64,000 nt of DNA from an uncultured delta proteobacterium (GCA_963812015.1 CAWETI010000003.1:1216001-1280000); one strand, 5' to 3'. Counted from the first letter of the stretch, positions 1 through 10,389 are shown. Made by a program: numbers and translations. Notes: generated by a model not told the origin, from the sequence alone.

Positions 1-603
1 CCCCCACGGCCTGCTGCGGTGAGTCTGTTCTGGGATGTACTCCACGATGGTATCGCTGCAGATCAGGTAGTGCCCCTTACCGATCAGGGGTGAGTAGAGT
101 TCCAACTCCTTGGCCACATGCTCATGGGTGTGGTAGGAGTCCAGCAGAATAAGTACGTCGCGGCACCCGCCTAAAATATCCTTAACTCGCACCAGAGTCC
201 TGTCCTCGGTAGAGGCGCCATTGATGAGCTCCAGCCGCGCAGAAAGCCGGCCATGGGACGCGAGGCGCGCCTTCAGATCATCGGGCATGTAGATGTCGAT
301 GCCGATAACCTTCTCACCCCCCAACACCTCGAGCAGCATCGCGCTAAAGAGGAGAGACCCCCCCCAGGCCACCCCTACTTCGACGATGTACTGGGGCCGG
401 GTCGCGAAGATGATCTCCTGCAGGGCAAACAAATCCTGGGGAAGATTCAGCACCGGCTCCCCCATCCAGGTGGTCTGGTGGATCCAGCGGTAGTGGTCGG
501 CCCGCATCAAGATATCCAGGGCATCTTTCTTTAAGGCCGTATCTGCAGACATTTCCGCCGCGGAAGCGATCCTCAACTGTTCAAATTCTTCGCGGGTGTA
601 CAT
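1..603 (-). CDS. CmcI family (cephalosporin hydroxylase-like) SAM-dependent methyltransferase; 3' end runs off the window
   Basis: Not in the ORF track. Manual translation from ATG at 603: MYTREEFEQLRIASAAEMSAD...YRWIHQTTWMGEPVLNLPQDLFALQEIIFATRPQYIVEVGVAWGGSLLF...VIGIDI...LLDSYHTHEHVAKELELYSPLI, which are typical CmcI motifs. Confidence 0.9.
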   Translation of the reverse strand, partial: MYTREEFEQLRIASAAEMSADTALKKDALDILMRADHYRWIHQTTWMGEPVLNLPQDLFALQEIIFATRPQYIVEVGVAWGGSLLFSAMLLEVLGGEKVIGIDIYMPDDLKARLASHGRLSARLELINGASTEDRTLVRVKDILGGCRDVLILLDSYHTHEHVAKELELYSPLIGKGHYLICSDTIVEYIPEQTHRSRPWG

Positions 604-636
604 GGTTTTATTACCTTTCATACGGAGTCATTCGCT

Positions 637-1650
637 TCAGCGGAGGTATTCATGGCTGCAGGAACGATAGTAAGTACCGGTTATGCGCAGGCCCTGTTCC
701 AGATTGGTGTCCGGCGACCATGGGACGAGCTCTTTGAATTTACGGTTGCTGAGGACCGCGTCCCCCATCTCAATCACCTTGCGCTCGTTAGGCCAAGGGA
801 TATACCGGACACTGCCCGAGCCGATGTGGCGCACGGTCTCCTCCGCTATCCGGGCAACGCTGTAATGCTCATCTCCGACGACAAGGAACACCTCGCCGTT
901 GGTCGCTTCAAGTTGTGAAGCCATCACCAGAGCTCTCACCGCATCATCAATATACAGCAGATTCCTGAGCTGCTCGCCCTCACCGAACACGGTGATTTCC
1001 TTCCCTTGTAGCGCCAGTCCGATGAAGAAATTATTGAAGGTAAAATCGGGGCTGTGTATCGCGGCCCGGGGACCGAAAATATTCGGCAAGCGCAAAACCG
1101 TGACCGGGATACCATAGGCTCTGCCGTAGATCAGGACATACTTTTCGGAGACGCTCTTGCTGGCGGAATAGACATCGGTGGGAAATTCGGAATGGTTCTC
1201 ATCCGCCGGCTTATAATGCAGCCGCCCCAACTGGGTGGTCGTGCCAAGGTGGACGAACTTGACCCGTCGGTTGAACCGCCGCGTGGCTTCGAGCAGGTTG
1301 ATGACCCCCTTGCTGTTCACATCGGCATTGACCCATGGCTCCCGCATCGAAAAGGGATGGGACGTGGAAGCCGCACAGTTGAAGATGATATCCTTGTTAT
1401 CGATGACCCGGCAAACGTCGCTGAAATTGAGAATATCGGAGCGGATAACCTCAACCTGGCTTTGGATCCCTTCAATATTGAAGAGATTGCCGCCTGAATT
1501 AGGGTCCAGGCAGTCATAGATGGTGACTTGGGCACCACTCTGCAGGCAGGCGTGAGCCAGGTTGCTACCGATAAACCCGAAGCCCCCCGTGATAAGAATT
1601 TTCAGGCCATCGAGCCGAGGAATCGTGAAACTGTCGCTAGTTATGCCCAT
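637..1650 (-). CDS. NAD-dependent epimerase/dehydratase (extended SDR)
   Basis: ILITGGFGFIG Rossmann motif, YSASK catalytic motif, LRLPNIFGP. Start moved to the ATG at 1650, which overlaps the upstream TGA. Confidence 0.9.
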   Translation of the reverse strand: MGITSDSFTIPRLDGLKILITGGFGFIGSNLAHACLQSGAQVTIYDCLDPNSGGNLFNIEGIQSQVEVIRSDILNFSDVCRVIDNKDIIFNCAASTSHPFSMREPWVNADVNSKGVINLLEATRRFNRRVKFVHLGTTTQLGRLHYKPADENHSEFPTDVYSASKSVSEKYVLIYGRAYGIPVTVLRLPNIFGPRAAIHSPDFTFNNFFIGLALQGKEITVFGEGEQLRNLLYIDDAVRALVMASQLEATNGEVFLVVGDEHYSVARIAEETVRHIGSGSVRYIPWPNERKVIEMGDAVLSNRKFKELVPWSPDTNLEQGLRITGTYYRSCSHEYLR

Positions 1651-2780
1651 CACGACCCGTTCTCCTTTCTCCCGAGGATACTCCGGATGGCGTTGCACTG
1701 GGCATCAATCTGGTCGTCGGCCAGATTCATGGCACAGGAGAGGTTGATCCCCCGTAACGATATGTCGTAGGCCACGGGGTTTTTCACCCGGTAGCGCTCC
1801 TCTAACCCGGGATATGCCGGCAGCGAGGAGAGTGGGTAGAAGAACGGCCGGGACGGGATCCCTCGCTCTTCCATGCCGCGCATCACGTCGAACTTGGTCA
1901 CTCCATATAACCTACCAAAAACGAGCGCGGTAGTCCAGGCACCGTTGATCACGTATTCGGGCTCGTGGTTGAACTGCAAGTCCTCCAGGTCACTCAGCCG
2001 CTCCCGGTAGGCCCTGAGGAACTCGCGCTTCTTCCCCACCAACTCCTCGATGCGCTGAAATTGGGCATAGCCCAGGGCCGCCTGGAGGTTAAAAGGCATG
2101 TACTTAAAAGTAACTTCAGAGTTGTAATAAGGCACACCCGCCACTCTGCCGTGATCGCGCAGGAACATGCAGCGTTCGTAGAGCACATCATCGTCCAGCA
2201 ACAGCATACCCCCTTCTCCGGTGGTGATGGTCTTGGTGCGGTGAAAGCTGAAGACCGAGCCGATGCCGAATTTACCGGCCCGTACTCCCTTGTATACCGA
2301 CCCCAGGGCCTCAGCGGCATCCTCCACCAGCGGGATGCCATACTCCTCGGACAGCGCCAGCAGTTCGTCCATCAGCGGCATATTGCCATACAGATCCACT
2401 ACGATGATTGCCTTAGTCTTCGGGGTAATGCTTTGCCGCACCGAGTCCGGGTCGAGGCACCAGTTTTCAGGCTCGATATCGCAGAATATCGGAGTGGCCC
2501 GGAGGTAGGTAATGGGTGCAGCCGTGGCGATCCACGTGCACTCGGGGCAGATAACTTCGTCTCCTTCGGTGATTCCCATGCCGGCCAGCAATAAGTGAAT
2601 GGCCGTGGTGCAGTTGGGCGTCATGATGCCATACCGGCGCCCATGGTAAGAGGCAAACTCTTTCTGGAACGTCTCAACGTAATAGTAGGCTTTTTCATAC
2701 CAGCCATTACGCATAGCATCCTCTACCACCTTTATTTCATGCTCCGTGATCCAGGGACCAGCCATAAAAATTTGGCTCAT
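1650..2780 (-). CDS. DegT/DnrJ/EryC1/StrS PLP-dependent sugar aminotransferase (perosamine-synthase-like)
   Basis: VDLYG, EDAAEALGS, FSFHRTKTITTGEGG with the PLP lysine. Probable start MSQIFMAGP at 2780. Confidence 0.92.
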   Translation of the reverse strand: MSQIFMAGPWITEHEIKVVEDAMRNGWYEKAYYYVETFQKEFASYHGRRYGIMTPNCTTAIHLLLAGMGITEGDEVICPECTWIATAAPITYLRATPIFCDIEPENWCLDPDSVRQSITPKTKAIIVVDLYGNMPLMDELLALSEEYGIPLVEDAAEALGSVYKGVRAGKFGIGSVFSFHRTKTITTGEGGMLLLDDDVLYERCMFLRDHGRVAGVPYYNSEVTFKYMPFNLQAALGYAQFQRIEELVGKKREFLRAYRERLSDLEDLQFNHEPEYVINGAWTTALVFGRLYGVTKFDVMRGMEERGIPSRPFFYPLSSLPAYPGLEERYRVKNPVAYDISLRGINLSCAMNLADDQIDAQCNAIRSILGRKENGS

Positions 2781-2803
2781 AAAACTCTCCCCCGAGGAAA
2801 TAT

Positions 2804-3562
2804 TTATGGTCGGCGCTGCCAGAGATAGAGCCTGGTAGGCCCGAAATCCCCGATCGGCGGCAGTTTGCAAGACAGCAGGTTGATCTCTGAATCGTAGCGC
2901 AACTCTTCACCCTTGTCTCGCGCCAGAGCCGCATAGACGACTCGACTCAAGAAATAATAAGTGCTGGAAAAAGGCACCACGTCAACAAGGGCATAGCTTG
3001 CGCTGGCCCACAGGGTAACCAGATTTTCATCCATGAAGACATTGTGCCAGGGTGGATCGATCCGCTCAAGGTTTAAAAGAGACCTCAAGGCATTAGTTCG
3101 TTCGAGCCCTTGCATGAAACTTTCTATCATGAGATAGTAACCACCCGGTTTCAGAAAAGACATGATTTCAACAAACGCTTTGTGCTGTGTTTCGTGACTA
3201 TCGAGATTGATGAGGCATCGTTCGGTTAAGGCATAATCAAATTGGCCGACGCCAATCGGTAACCCGGGAACTTTGCCCTGTTCGAATACAAGTTTTGCAC
3301 CATATCCCTGTTCTTCCGCGGATGATTTGGCAATACTCACCATCTCTCCCGCAAAATCAAAACCCATACCCTCACAGTTCTTTTCTTGAGCCAGTTTTAA
3401 TAGGGTATCGCCGTTGCCACAGCCGATCTCCAAGATGCGTGAATTTTCCTTTATTGTATTTAAGATTAGGACCTGTTCAAGATTTTTGAGTAAGAAATCA
3501 TCGCTGCCAGCTACTCCCCCCAACTTGGCACGCTCATTCCAAAATTCTTTAATCTTATTCAT
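2804..3562 (-). CDS. Class I SAM-dependent methyltransferase
   Basis: ILEIGCGNG motif I, GFDF, LKPGG. Confidence 0.88.
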   Translation of the reverse strand: MNKIKEFWNERAKLGGVAGSDDFLLKNLEQVLILNTIKENSRILEIGCGNGDTLLKLAQEKNCEGMGFDFAGEMVSIAKSSAEEQGYGAKLVFEQGKVPGLPIGVGQFDYALTERCLINLDSHETQHKAFVEIMSFLKPGGYYLMIESFMQGLERTNALRSLLNLERIDPPWHNVFMDENLVTLWASASYALVDVVPFSSTYYFLSRVVYAALARDKGEELRYDSEINLLSCKLPPIGDFGPTRLYLWQRRP

Positions 3563-3860
3563 AATTCCAAGCCTCTCACCATTAGTGAGATCTTTCCCTC
3601 TGCCCTTTGATTACGCTATGCTTATTGAGGGTAGAATCAATAACCCTTCTTCTGAGATGGTGACATCACTACCAATAGTAGGCCTGGACTAAACGATCGT
3701 CCCGACCATGATATACATTTCTCTGCGAGTCAATCCCATAACCGTTGCTCTCGTGGTAATCCACAGCATCAGCAAGGAACACCACCCAGTTCTCCATATG
3801 GAATCACCTTAGGGGCAACCCGTTAATCTGCACTTTATGCATTAACTATGAAACCCCCTT

Positions 3861-4672
3861 CTATACCGTTTGGTCTCTTGTAAAAAGCAGGTTGCAGGTA
3901 TGCCCCACACGGTATTCCCTTGGAAAATTATCCTGAATGTTACACCCCATCACATAAACTTTTAAAACAAAGCCTATATCCTAATTGATTCATAGTAGTG
4001 ATAAATTAGCCTATATTGATAAACTGGTAAGACCAACAACATCCTGGTATATTAATCTGTTTGGTCACCTAAGTTGGAATATCTCCTGCTGAAAGCCTAA
4101 CAAATAAAAAGTACTCAGGTTTATAGTTACAAAGGTTTTTCAAGAGTGATGGATAATCTTCAATGTATTGCAATACACTATTCATAATGGATTATATCAA
4201 AATTTGAAATGTGCTCGGGCAATCTAGAATGAAAGAATACCTGAGGATTTTTTTGAAAATTCAAGCGCCCAAGCTGGCAAACCTTGTCTGATTCAACTAT
4301 ATGGAATTCGAGGTTATCTATTTGAGGGACCGCTTTCTTTAGGTAAAGATAACCGACGCCGGCACCGCCACCGAAATCTAATATTTTAATATTATTGTTA
4401 AAATTGGCCATTGTGGAGATTATGACCACGAGAAACGGTAGAAGCGAACTATCGCCCTTGAGGAGACTTGGGATTGTCTCTCCTTCGGTTATTTCTCTGG
4501 TTTCCCTTTCAACAATATTGGTCCAGATATCACCATCAAAACCTTCTCCTTTAACCTCAATCTCTCTAAAAGAATTGTACACGCCCTCCCAGGTCTTTTG
4601 AGGCCTCAGCTGACGATATAGTTGAACAACCATAGGCACAGCGAGTCCCCGCAGGCATTTTCTGATATTCAT
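3861..4672 (-). pseudogene. Disrupted SAM-dependent methyltransferase (TIGR04325/LIC12133-like)
   Basis: The ORF with ILDFGGGAG stops at 4178. Coding continues after a frameshift as MNSVLQYIEDYPSLLKNLCNYKPEYFLFVRLSAGDIPT*VTKQ...YQFINIG*FITTMNQLGYRLCFKS, then after a second frameshift as QDNFPREYRVGHTCNLLFTRDQTV* (stop 3861-3863). Confidence 0.8.
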
Positions 4673-5127
4673 GTTATGGACGGCCCTCTTAGCCAGTCGA
4701 AGTCAATGTCAGGATCGTTATAGGCAATGCGGATTTCATCTGCCGGGTTGTAGGCCCGGGATGTCAGGTAGAGTAGGTTGACCGGCCCCTGGACGGTCTT
4801 GCAGCCGTGGGCGATGCCAGGCGGGATCTTCAGCACCCGGGGTGGCTGGAAGTCGCCCATCAGGAAGTCCATGGTCTGCTTATGGGTGGGCGAATCGAGG
4901 CGCAGGTCGCAGAGCCCCACCCGCAAGACCCCGGTGACCACGTACCACCAGTCGGTCTGGAGACGGTGAAAATGCCAGGCCTTGATCACCCTGTCGAACA
5001 TCAGGGAGTGACTCCACTGGCCAAACCCATCGCTGAAAAAATCATCGGTAACCCGAATAATCTCCCGGAAAAAACCGCGCTCATCGGTGTGGGTGGTCAG
5101 TTCCTTGAAAATAACCCCTTCAATCAT
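4669..5127 (-). CDS. dTDP-4-dehydrorhamnose 3,5-epimerase (RmlC-like cupin) family protein
   Basis: HTDERGFFRE, KAWHFH, DLRLDSPT, IPPGIAHG. Confidence 0.9.
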   Translation of the reverse strand: MIEGVIFKELTTHTDERGFFREIIRVTDDFFSDGFGQWSHSLMFDRVIKAWHFHRLQTDWWYVVTGVLRVGLCDLRLDSPTHKQTMDFLMGDFQPPRVLKIPPGIAHGCKTVQGPVNLLYLTSRAYNPADEIRIAYNDPDIDFDWLRGPSIT

Positions 5128-5190
5128 ACTATCTTCTCCCGAAAAAATACAGAGTCCAGGTTCCCACCGGGTAACGGCGGAGCCCCTGGG

Positions 5191-6426
5191 TCAATCCAGC
5201 ACCGCCACCTGGGGGACGTACAGGATCCACTTGCCGCCCGCGGCTCGGAACGCGGTTTCCTTTTCCATGATCTCCTGGGCATGGTTCCAGGCGAACAGCA
5301 GGGCAAAGTCGGGGTAGTGGCGCACAAACTCCTCGTAGGGGCGCACCTGGATGTGGGCGCCGGGGCTGTATTTGCCCTGTTTGATGGGAGTGGTGTCGCT
5401 GATAAACTCCACCAACTCCGGCGTGATGCCGCAGTAATTGGTGATAGTGGTGCTCTTGGAGGTGGCGCCGTAGCCCACTACGCGTCGGCCTCGGGACTTC
5501 AGGTCCTTCAGCAGCGCCATGAGCCGGTCCCGGGAATGTTCGCAGTTCCGGCGGAACTGGTCGTAGGTGGCGGGGAGGTGTAGGCCCAGACCTCGTTCCT
5601 TTTCCCGTTGGGCGGCCACGTGGGAGGAAACCGGCCGGGCTCCCTGGGGCGCGATGACATAGCGCATGGAGCCGCCGTGGGTCGTCTGGGGCTCAATATC
5701 GATGACCTCCAGGCCGTATTGCGCAAAGAGATAGCTGATGGAAGCGACGGAAAAGAGAAAGGTATGCTCGTCATAAATCTGATCGTAGGAGGTATTTTCC
5801 AGCACCTCACCCAGGTAGGGGTCCTCGAACAGGGCCACCCCGCCAGGCTTGAGCAGAATCCTGATCCCTTCGACAATGGAATGGATATAGGGAATGTGGC
5901 ACATGACGTTGGCAGCCAGGAAGGCATCCGCCTGTCCGTGTTCGGCAACGATATGCCGCGCCAAGTCAGCCCCGAAAAATTCGGTGACGGTGTTGATCCC
6001 CTGATCGATGGCGACCTGGGCCACGTTTTTGGAAGGTTCGATCCCCAGGTGCCGGACGCCGGTGGCAGCGAAATTTTGCAGCATGATCCCATCGTTGCTC
6101 CCCATTTCCACCACAAACGGATCGTCCCCGGCAAGGTAATCCGCCATGACGTGGTGGGCGAAGGCCTTGAAATGGAGCGCCATGTAGCGGGAGGTGCCGG
6201 AGAAAAAGGCGTAGTTGTCGTGAAACATCCGCTCCCGGGCCGGCTGGTCCAGCAGCTGCACCATGCCACAGGTGTGGCAAAAACCCACCTGCATGCGGAA
6301 ACGGTATTCACCGGCGAATTGTTCGGGAAGCAGGAAGCCGTTTCCCAGGGGCATGTCGCCGAAATCGATAAACGGCTCCAGGGCAGCTTTACAGATGAGA
6401 CAGTCTTTCATAAGGAACATCCCCAT
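5191..6426 (-). CDS. NDP-sugar 3-C-methyltransferase (TcaB9/EvaC/TylCIII family)
   Basis: Zn ligands CLIC and CHTC, VEMGSNDG, YDQIYDEH, THGGSMRY, GYGATSKS, DTTPIKQGKYSPG, LLFAWNHAQEI. Confidence 0.92.
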   Translation of the reverse strand: MGMFLMKDCLICKAALEPFIDFGDMPLGNGFLLPEQFAGEYRFRMQVGFCHTCGMVQLLDQPARERMFHDNYAFFSGTSRYMALHFKAFAHHVMADYLAGDDPFVVEMGSNDGIMLQNFAATGVRHLGIEPSKNVAQVAIDQGINTVTEFFGADLARHIVAEHGQADAFLAANVMCHIPYIHSIVEGIRILLKPGGVALFEDPYLGEVLENTSYDQIYDEHTFLFSVASISYLFAQYGLEVIDIEPQTTHGGSMRYVIAPQGARPVSSHVAAQREKERGLGLHLPATYDQFRRNCEHSRDRLMALLKDLKSRGRRVVGYGATSKSTTITNYCGITPELVEFISDTTPIKQGKYSPGAHIQVRPYEEFVRHYPDFALLFAWNHAQEIMEKETAFRAAGGKWILYVPQVAVLD

Positions 6427-7051
6427 TCACAGGTTTACAGGGCTGTACTATCAGGCGAGGGGGTATATTCTCTCGACAAAATTGGTTATGCATGGACCCT
6501 TACCCTCATATTCAGGCCACCATTCTGTTTGCTAGGGTGATCCTCAAGTCCCCGGCCTGACCTATTACCGCAAATTATCTTTATAGTATACCGGAATAGG
6601 TCGCTTGGCCCAAGTGGCTGTACCCAGTTTTAAGTGAGAATGGGGTTCAAGTCAAGCCGGAGATCCTGGAGACGAAGGGTAGCCGGAGATCCCGAAATCT
6701 GCCGGCGGTTAGGGAGGCGGTGGGAGACCGGGCGGACGCGGGGAACGGCAAACGGCCACCAGAAAAGCACGACTGGCTGAGCCTCTGCCGAGCCGGGCCC
6801 AGTGGCTTGCTTTCTACCCAATCGCCCGGGTGGCTGAAAAAAACTTGTGTCCAGAAAATCAAATAGGGTAGAATGAAATCGATTTTTCAGGAAAACACCC
6901 CGTCAAAGAGGCTTTTCCCAGAGGCGCCGCAGTCAGCCGTCTTTGCAGTTAGATAAATTTTCCAGAGGGAAGTTAGACAAGAGGAGGGTGGAGAAACGAT
7001 AATGGCCTGGCGTAAAAAGGCCGCCATAGTATCTCAACAGTAAAGGATGAA

Positions 7052-8452
7052 ATGCCGCAGATGAAAATACTCTTCATAGCTTATGATAATGAATCTTTCC
7101 TGACCAGTTTTCCTCTCGGTATTGCGTATCTTGCTGCAGTATTACGGGAAAAAGGATGTGAGGTAAGCATCTATCCCCAAGATGTATACCACTTGCCGGA
7201 AACTCATCTCGTAGAATATCTAAAAAATAATCATTTTGATATCGTTGGGGTTGGTGTTATTGGTGGTTATTACCAGTATAAAAAATTGTTGAAGATTTCT
7301 ACGGCCATTAATTCTATCCCGAACCGGCGGTTTTTTTACCTGCTGGGAGGGCATGGGCCTTCGCCGGAGCCCGAATTCTTTCTGCGCCGGACTGGAGCCG
7401 ACGCGGTGGTCATGGGAGAAGGGGAAGTGGTCTTGGGCAATCTGGTAGATGCCTTGGAGGCCGGCGACAACCTCGCCAAGGTCAAGGGGGTAGCCTACCG
7501 GGATGGTGACCAGGTGGTGATCAACGAAAGGGAAAAACTCATCAAGGACGTTGATGCTTTAGCGTGGCCGGCCTGGGATCTGTTTCGCATGGATTATTAC
7601 ACCATGATGCGGGCTCCCGGGATCAGTCTGACGGAACGGAGCCAGATGGTCTTTACGGGCAGAGGCTGCCCCTTTACCTGTAACTTCTGCTACCGCATGG
7701 ACCCCGGCTTCCGGCCGCGTAGTTCGGAAAATATCATCGAAGAACTTAAGATTCTCCAAAAGGACTATCACGTCAATTTTTTTGAGTTTGAAGATGACTT
7801 GTTCATGATCAGCGAAAAACGGGTCCTTGATTTCTGTGAAAAACTGATGCGAGCGAATCTGGGGATTCGCTTCACCTGTAATGGCCGGTTGAATTATGCC
7901 ACTCGGGAGGTTTTAAGGACCATGAAAAGGGCCGGGTGCACATTCATTAATTATGGCATCGAAGCCCTGGATGATACGGTACTAGAAAATATGAATAAAA
8001 AGCTGACGGTGGCACAAATCGTTAAGGGGGTGGAGAATACTATCGCAGAAGGTCTACACCCCGGGCTGAACATTATTTGGGGCAATATTGGAGATAATGC
8101 CGCAACCCTGAGGAAAGGGGTGGATTTTATTATTAAATATACCACGTTTGGCCAATTCAGAACGATTCGGCCGGTTACTCCTTATCCCGGCTCGCCGCTC
8201 TATTATTACGCCATTGAGAAGGGGTTGCTGGAAGGCCCGGAAGATTTCTATGAACGTAAACATTTAAATTCAGACTTATTTTCGGTTAATTTTACCGAGC
8301 ACTCCGATGAGGAATGCTATCAGTTGCTGTACGACGCCAATAAAAGATTGGTTAATGACTATATCGATCATCAAAAGCAGTCCTATATGGAACAACTCCG
8401 AAAGCTCTATGTGGAGAAGGACACGTCATTTCGCGGTTTTCGCCAAACCTGA
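7052..8452 (+). CDS. B12-binding-domain radical SAM protein (class B methylase-like)
   Basis: PLGIAYLAAVL, LGGHGPS, VMGEGE (B12 domain), and GRGCPFTCNFC (CxxxCxxC). Confidence 0.9.
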   Translation: MPQMKILFIAYDNESFLTSFPLGIAYLAAVLREKGCEVSIYPQDVYHLPETHLVEYLKNNHFDIVGVGVIGGYYQYKKLLKISTAINSIPNRRFFYLLGGHGPSPEPEFFLRRTGADAVVMGEGEVVLGNLVDALEAGDNLAKVKGVAYRDGDQVVINEREKLIKDVDALAWPAWDLFRMDYYTMMRAPGISLTERSQMVFTGRGCPFTCNFCYRMDPGFRPRSSENIIEELKILQKDYHVNFFEFEDDLFMISEKRVLDFCEKLMRANLGIRFTCNGRLNYATREVLRTMKRAGCTFINYGIEALDDTVLENMNKKLTVAQIVKGVENTIAEGLHPGLNIIWGNIGDNAATLRKGVDFIIKYTTFGQFRTIRPVTPYPGSPLYYYAIEKGLLEGPEDFYERKHLNSDLFSVNFTEHSDEECYQLLYDANKRLVNDYIDHQKQSYMEQLRKLYVEKDTSFRGFRQT

Positions 8453-8758
8453 TAATCAACACGCTAGTTGGGAAAGATTGTCTGATCAATGCCGTCTCCA
8501 AACGGCCCTTTGCAACTCATCAATCCATGATGAGATAAGCCCAGGTTCATGGCCTTGGGTAGGTTCTAGGCGCCCCGCCCCGTCAGGAGGGCCAGGAGGC
8601 TGACTTCGGGGTGGGAAAGCCGATTAACCCGGACTGGCTTCCAGATTATGCCAGGACAGGGCAAACGGCTCACGGCAAGAATAAACCGGGCGATGAGAGG
8701 GTGAATTTTTAAATTTTTCATATAAGTTTAGATAAAGAAAACTGAACAATTGAAGTTT

Positions 8759-10228
8759 ATGACCAATAATTATAAGAAAATAATAATAATAATTACATTA
8801 TTGCTCAATGTTTCTTTTTTTGTGTATTATACTGCAAACTCGGATATCAATCCATCAGCCGATGCATTTTATTATTTGGCTTTAGCGGATTCTTTTCATA
8901 ATGGCACAGGCTTTGCTGATATCACTAATGACCCACCTCAGCCAATTTATACTCCTCAAAATGGTATCGCTTTCATTCACATTTTATTGCAAGCCATCGG
9001 CTTGCATGGGGCCGACAGTAGGTTATTAGCAATAAAATTCATTAATTATCTGGGTTTTCTTCTATTAATATATATTTTTTATAACGTATTCAAACAACTC
9101 AAAGTTTCTTCAGAACTCACCTTCTTGTCACTAGGAATATTACTGTCGGGGGCTCATTTTTTTAAAACGATAAACCAGCCTTTAAACGAGGGTGTGTGGT
9201 GCGTATTGACCGCAATTGTTTTTTATTTAGCCATTTCAAACGAAAATAAAGAAAGTTATGCAAGGATAGCGGCAATTGCTTTATCGGGTATAGTTTTAGC
9301 AAATTTTCGTTTGAATGGTCCGGTAATAATATTAAGCATAGCTGTTACCTATGTGCTCTTAAAAAAATTTACTAAGTCATTGATATTTATTATCATCTTT
9401 ATAATATCATACGCAAGTATTTACATAATCCTGGCAATGCTTAAGGCTGATTACAGTGGGTTTCAAAGATTTTCTTCGGTTTATTCTTATAATTTCATTT
9501 TTAATCGACCGCTGATGAGTTTGATTTATACAGTACCGGGCGTTTTTTTAGGTATTACTGGCAGCAACTACATGACCTTGTTTTTTACGCCACCGCGTGA
9601 ATCTTTGGCTGTTACTGGCAAGTGGTTAGTTACTCTTCCTTTCTCGCTCCTTTTATTTCTATTTTACGGCCTTTATCTTCAAAAATATCTTAAATTAAAA
9701 AGTTTTGCAAATCTTCTTATTCTCTGTTACTTAATACTTTTGTTGATTATTTTACAAATAATGCCGGGGGGTGATTCACGTTATATTATAATGATATTGC
9801 CATTTACGTTATTGGCCATTACAACCTATTTTAATGATAGTCGAAAACTTAGATTTTTTTTAGGAATAATTCTAATATTTACAATTTCTGTTAGTATGTA
9901 TAGGTTAATCTGGTTGGACGGCATCTATTTCATTAATAATAAGTCATATGTAAATATAAAGAATCAAATAAGTGAGCCATACATGTTAATCAGTGAGTCA
10001 TCTAGTTATTCTTATTATATTTTTAATAAAGGAAATCATAATGTCAAAGATATAAATACTAAAACAAAGCATATTGTGGTATTTGGTAGGAATAAATTTT
10101 CCGAAAATATAATAAAGTATATACATGATAAATTCGGGATCGATCATATTGAGTATCTTGATGATAAAATTATTACGGGCCGTGGTCCGGAGGAAATATA
10201 CCGGACTATTAAAGTAATCACTAAATAA
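8759..10228 (+). CDS. Polytopic membrane protein, probable GT-C (ArnT/PMT-like) glycosyltransferase
   Basis: Many hydrophobic segments, acidic first loop SADAFYYLALA, PLNEG, DSRYIIMILPF, soluble C-terminal domain; very AT-rich DNA. Confidence 0.6.
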   Translation: MTNNYKKIIIIITLLLNVSFFVYYTANSDINPSADAFYYLALADSFHNGTGFADITNDPPQPIYTPQNGIAFIHILLQAIGLHGADSRLLAIKFINYLGFLLLIYIFYNVFKQLKVSSELTFLSLGILLSGAHFFKTINQPLNEGVWCVLTAIVFYLAISNENKESYARIAAIALSGIVLANFRLNGPVIILSIAVTYVLLKKFTKSLIFIIIFIISYASIYIILAMLKADYSGFQRFSSVYSYNFIFNRPLMSLIYTVPGVFLGITGSNYMTLFFTPPRESLAVTGKWLVTLPFSLLLFLFYGLYLQKYLKLKSFANLLILCYLILLLIILQIMPGGDSRYIIMILPFTLLAITTYFNDSRKLRFFLGIILIFTISVSMYRLIWLDGIYFINNKSYVNIKNQISEPYMLISESSSYSYYIFNKGNHNVKDINTKTKHIVVFGRNKFSENIIKYIHDKFGIDHIEYLDDKIITGRGPEEIYRTIKVITK

Positions 10229-10389
10229 TTTCGGTGCTTATTAAAGCTATAAGTAATGCATGGCGCGTTAGATCTTGCTGGTATTGCGGATCTGGGGTTG
10301 TCCGGTGTTCCCCAAAAGGCATCTGCAAGGGTGGGGCGTCGTTGGGGAGCGTCGATTATGGAGTTTTTTGGGTATTACTGGTAGTAAAT

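Noticed and set aside
1..603. Cephalosporin or other antibiotic biosynthesis suggested by CmcI and CmcH family names
   Set aside because: No NRPS, PKS, IPNS or resistance genes; the context is Wzx/Wzy glycan synthesis
4807..6540. Plus-strand ORFs of 258 and 310 aa
   Set aside because: Antisense to the epimerase and C-methyltransferase genes; no family features
6430..7050. Possible ops/JUMPstart element or structured RNA in the divergent intergenic region (GGCGGTTAG, GGCGGTGG)
   Set aside because: No exact GGCGGTAG and no recognisable riboswitch consensus; an Rfam search would be needed
8460..8700. Possible gene remnant on the minus strand (RLSHPEVSLLALLTGRGA*NLPKAMNLG)
   Set aside because: Too short and ambiguous to assign
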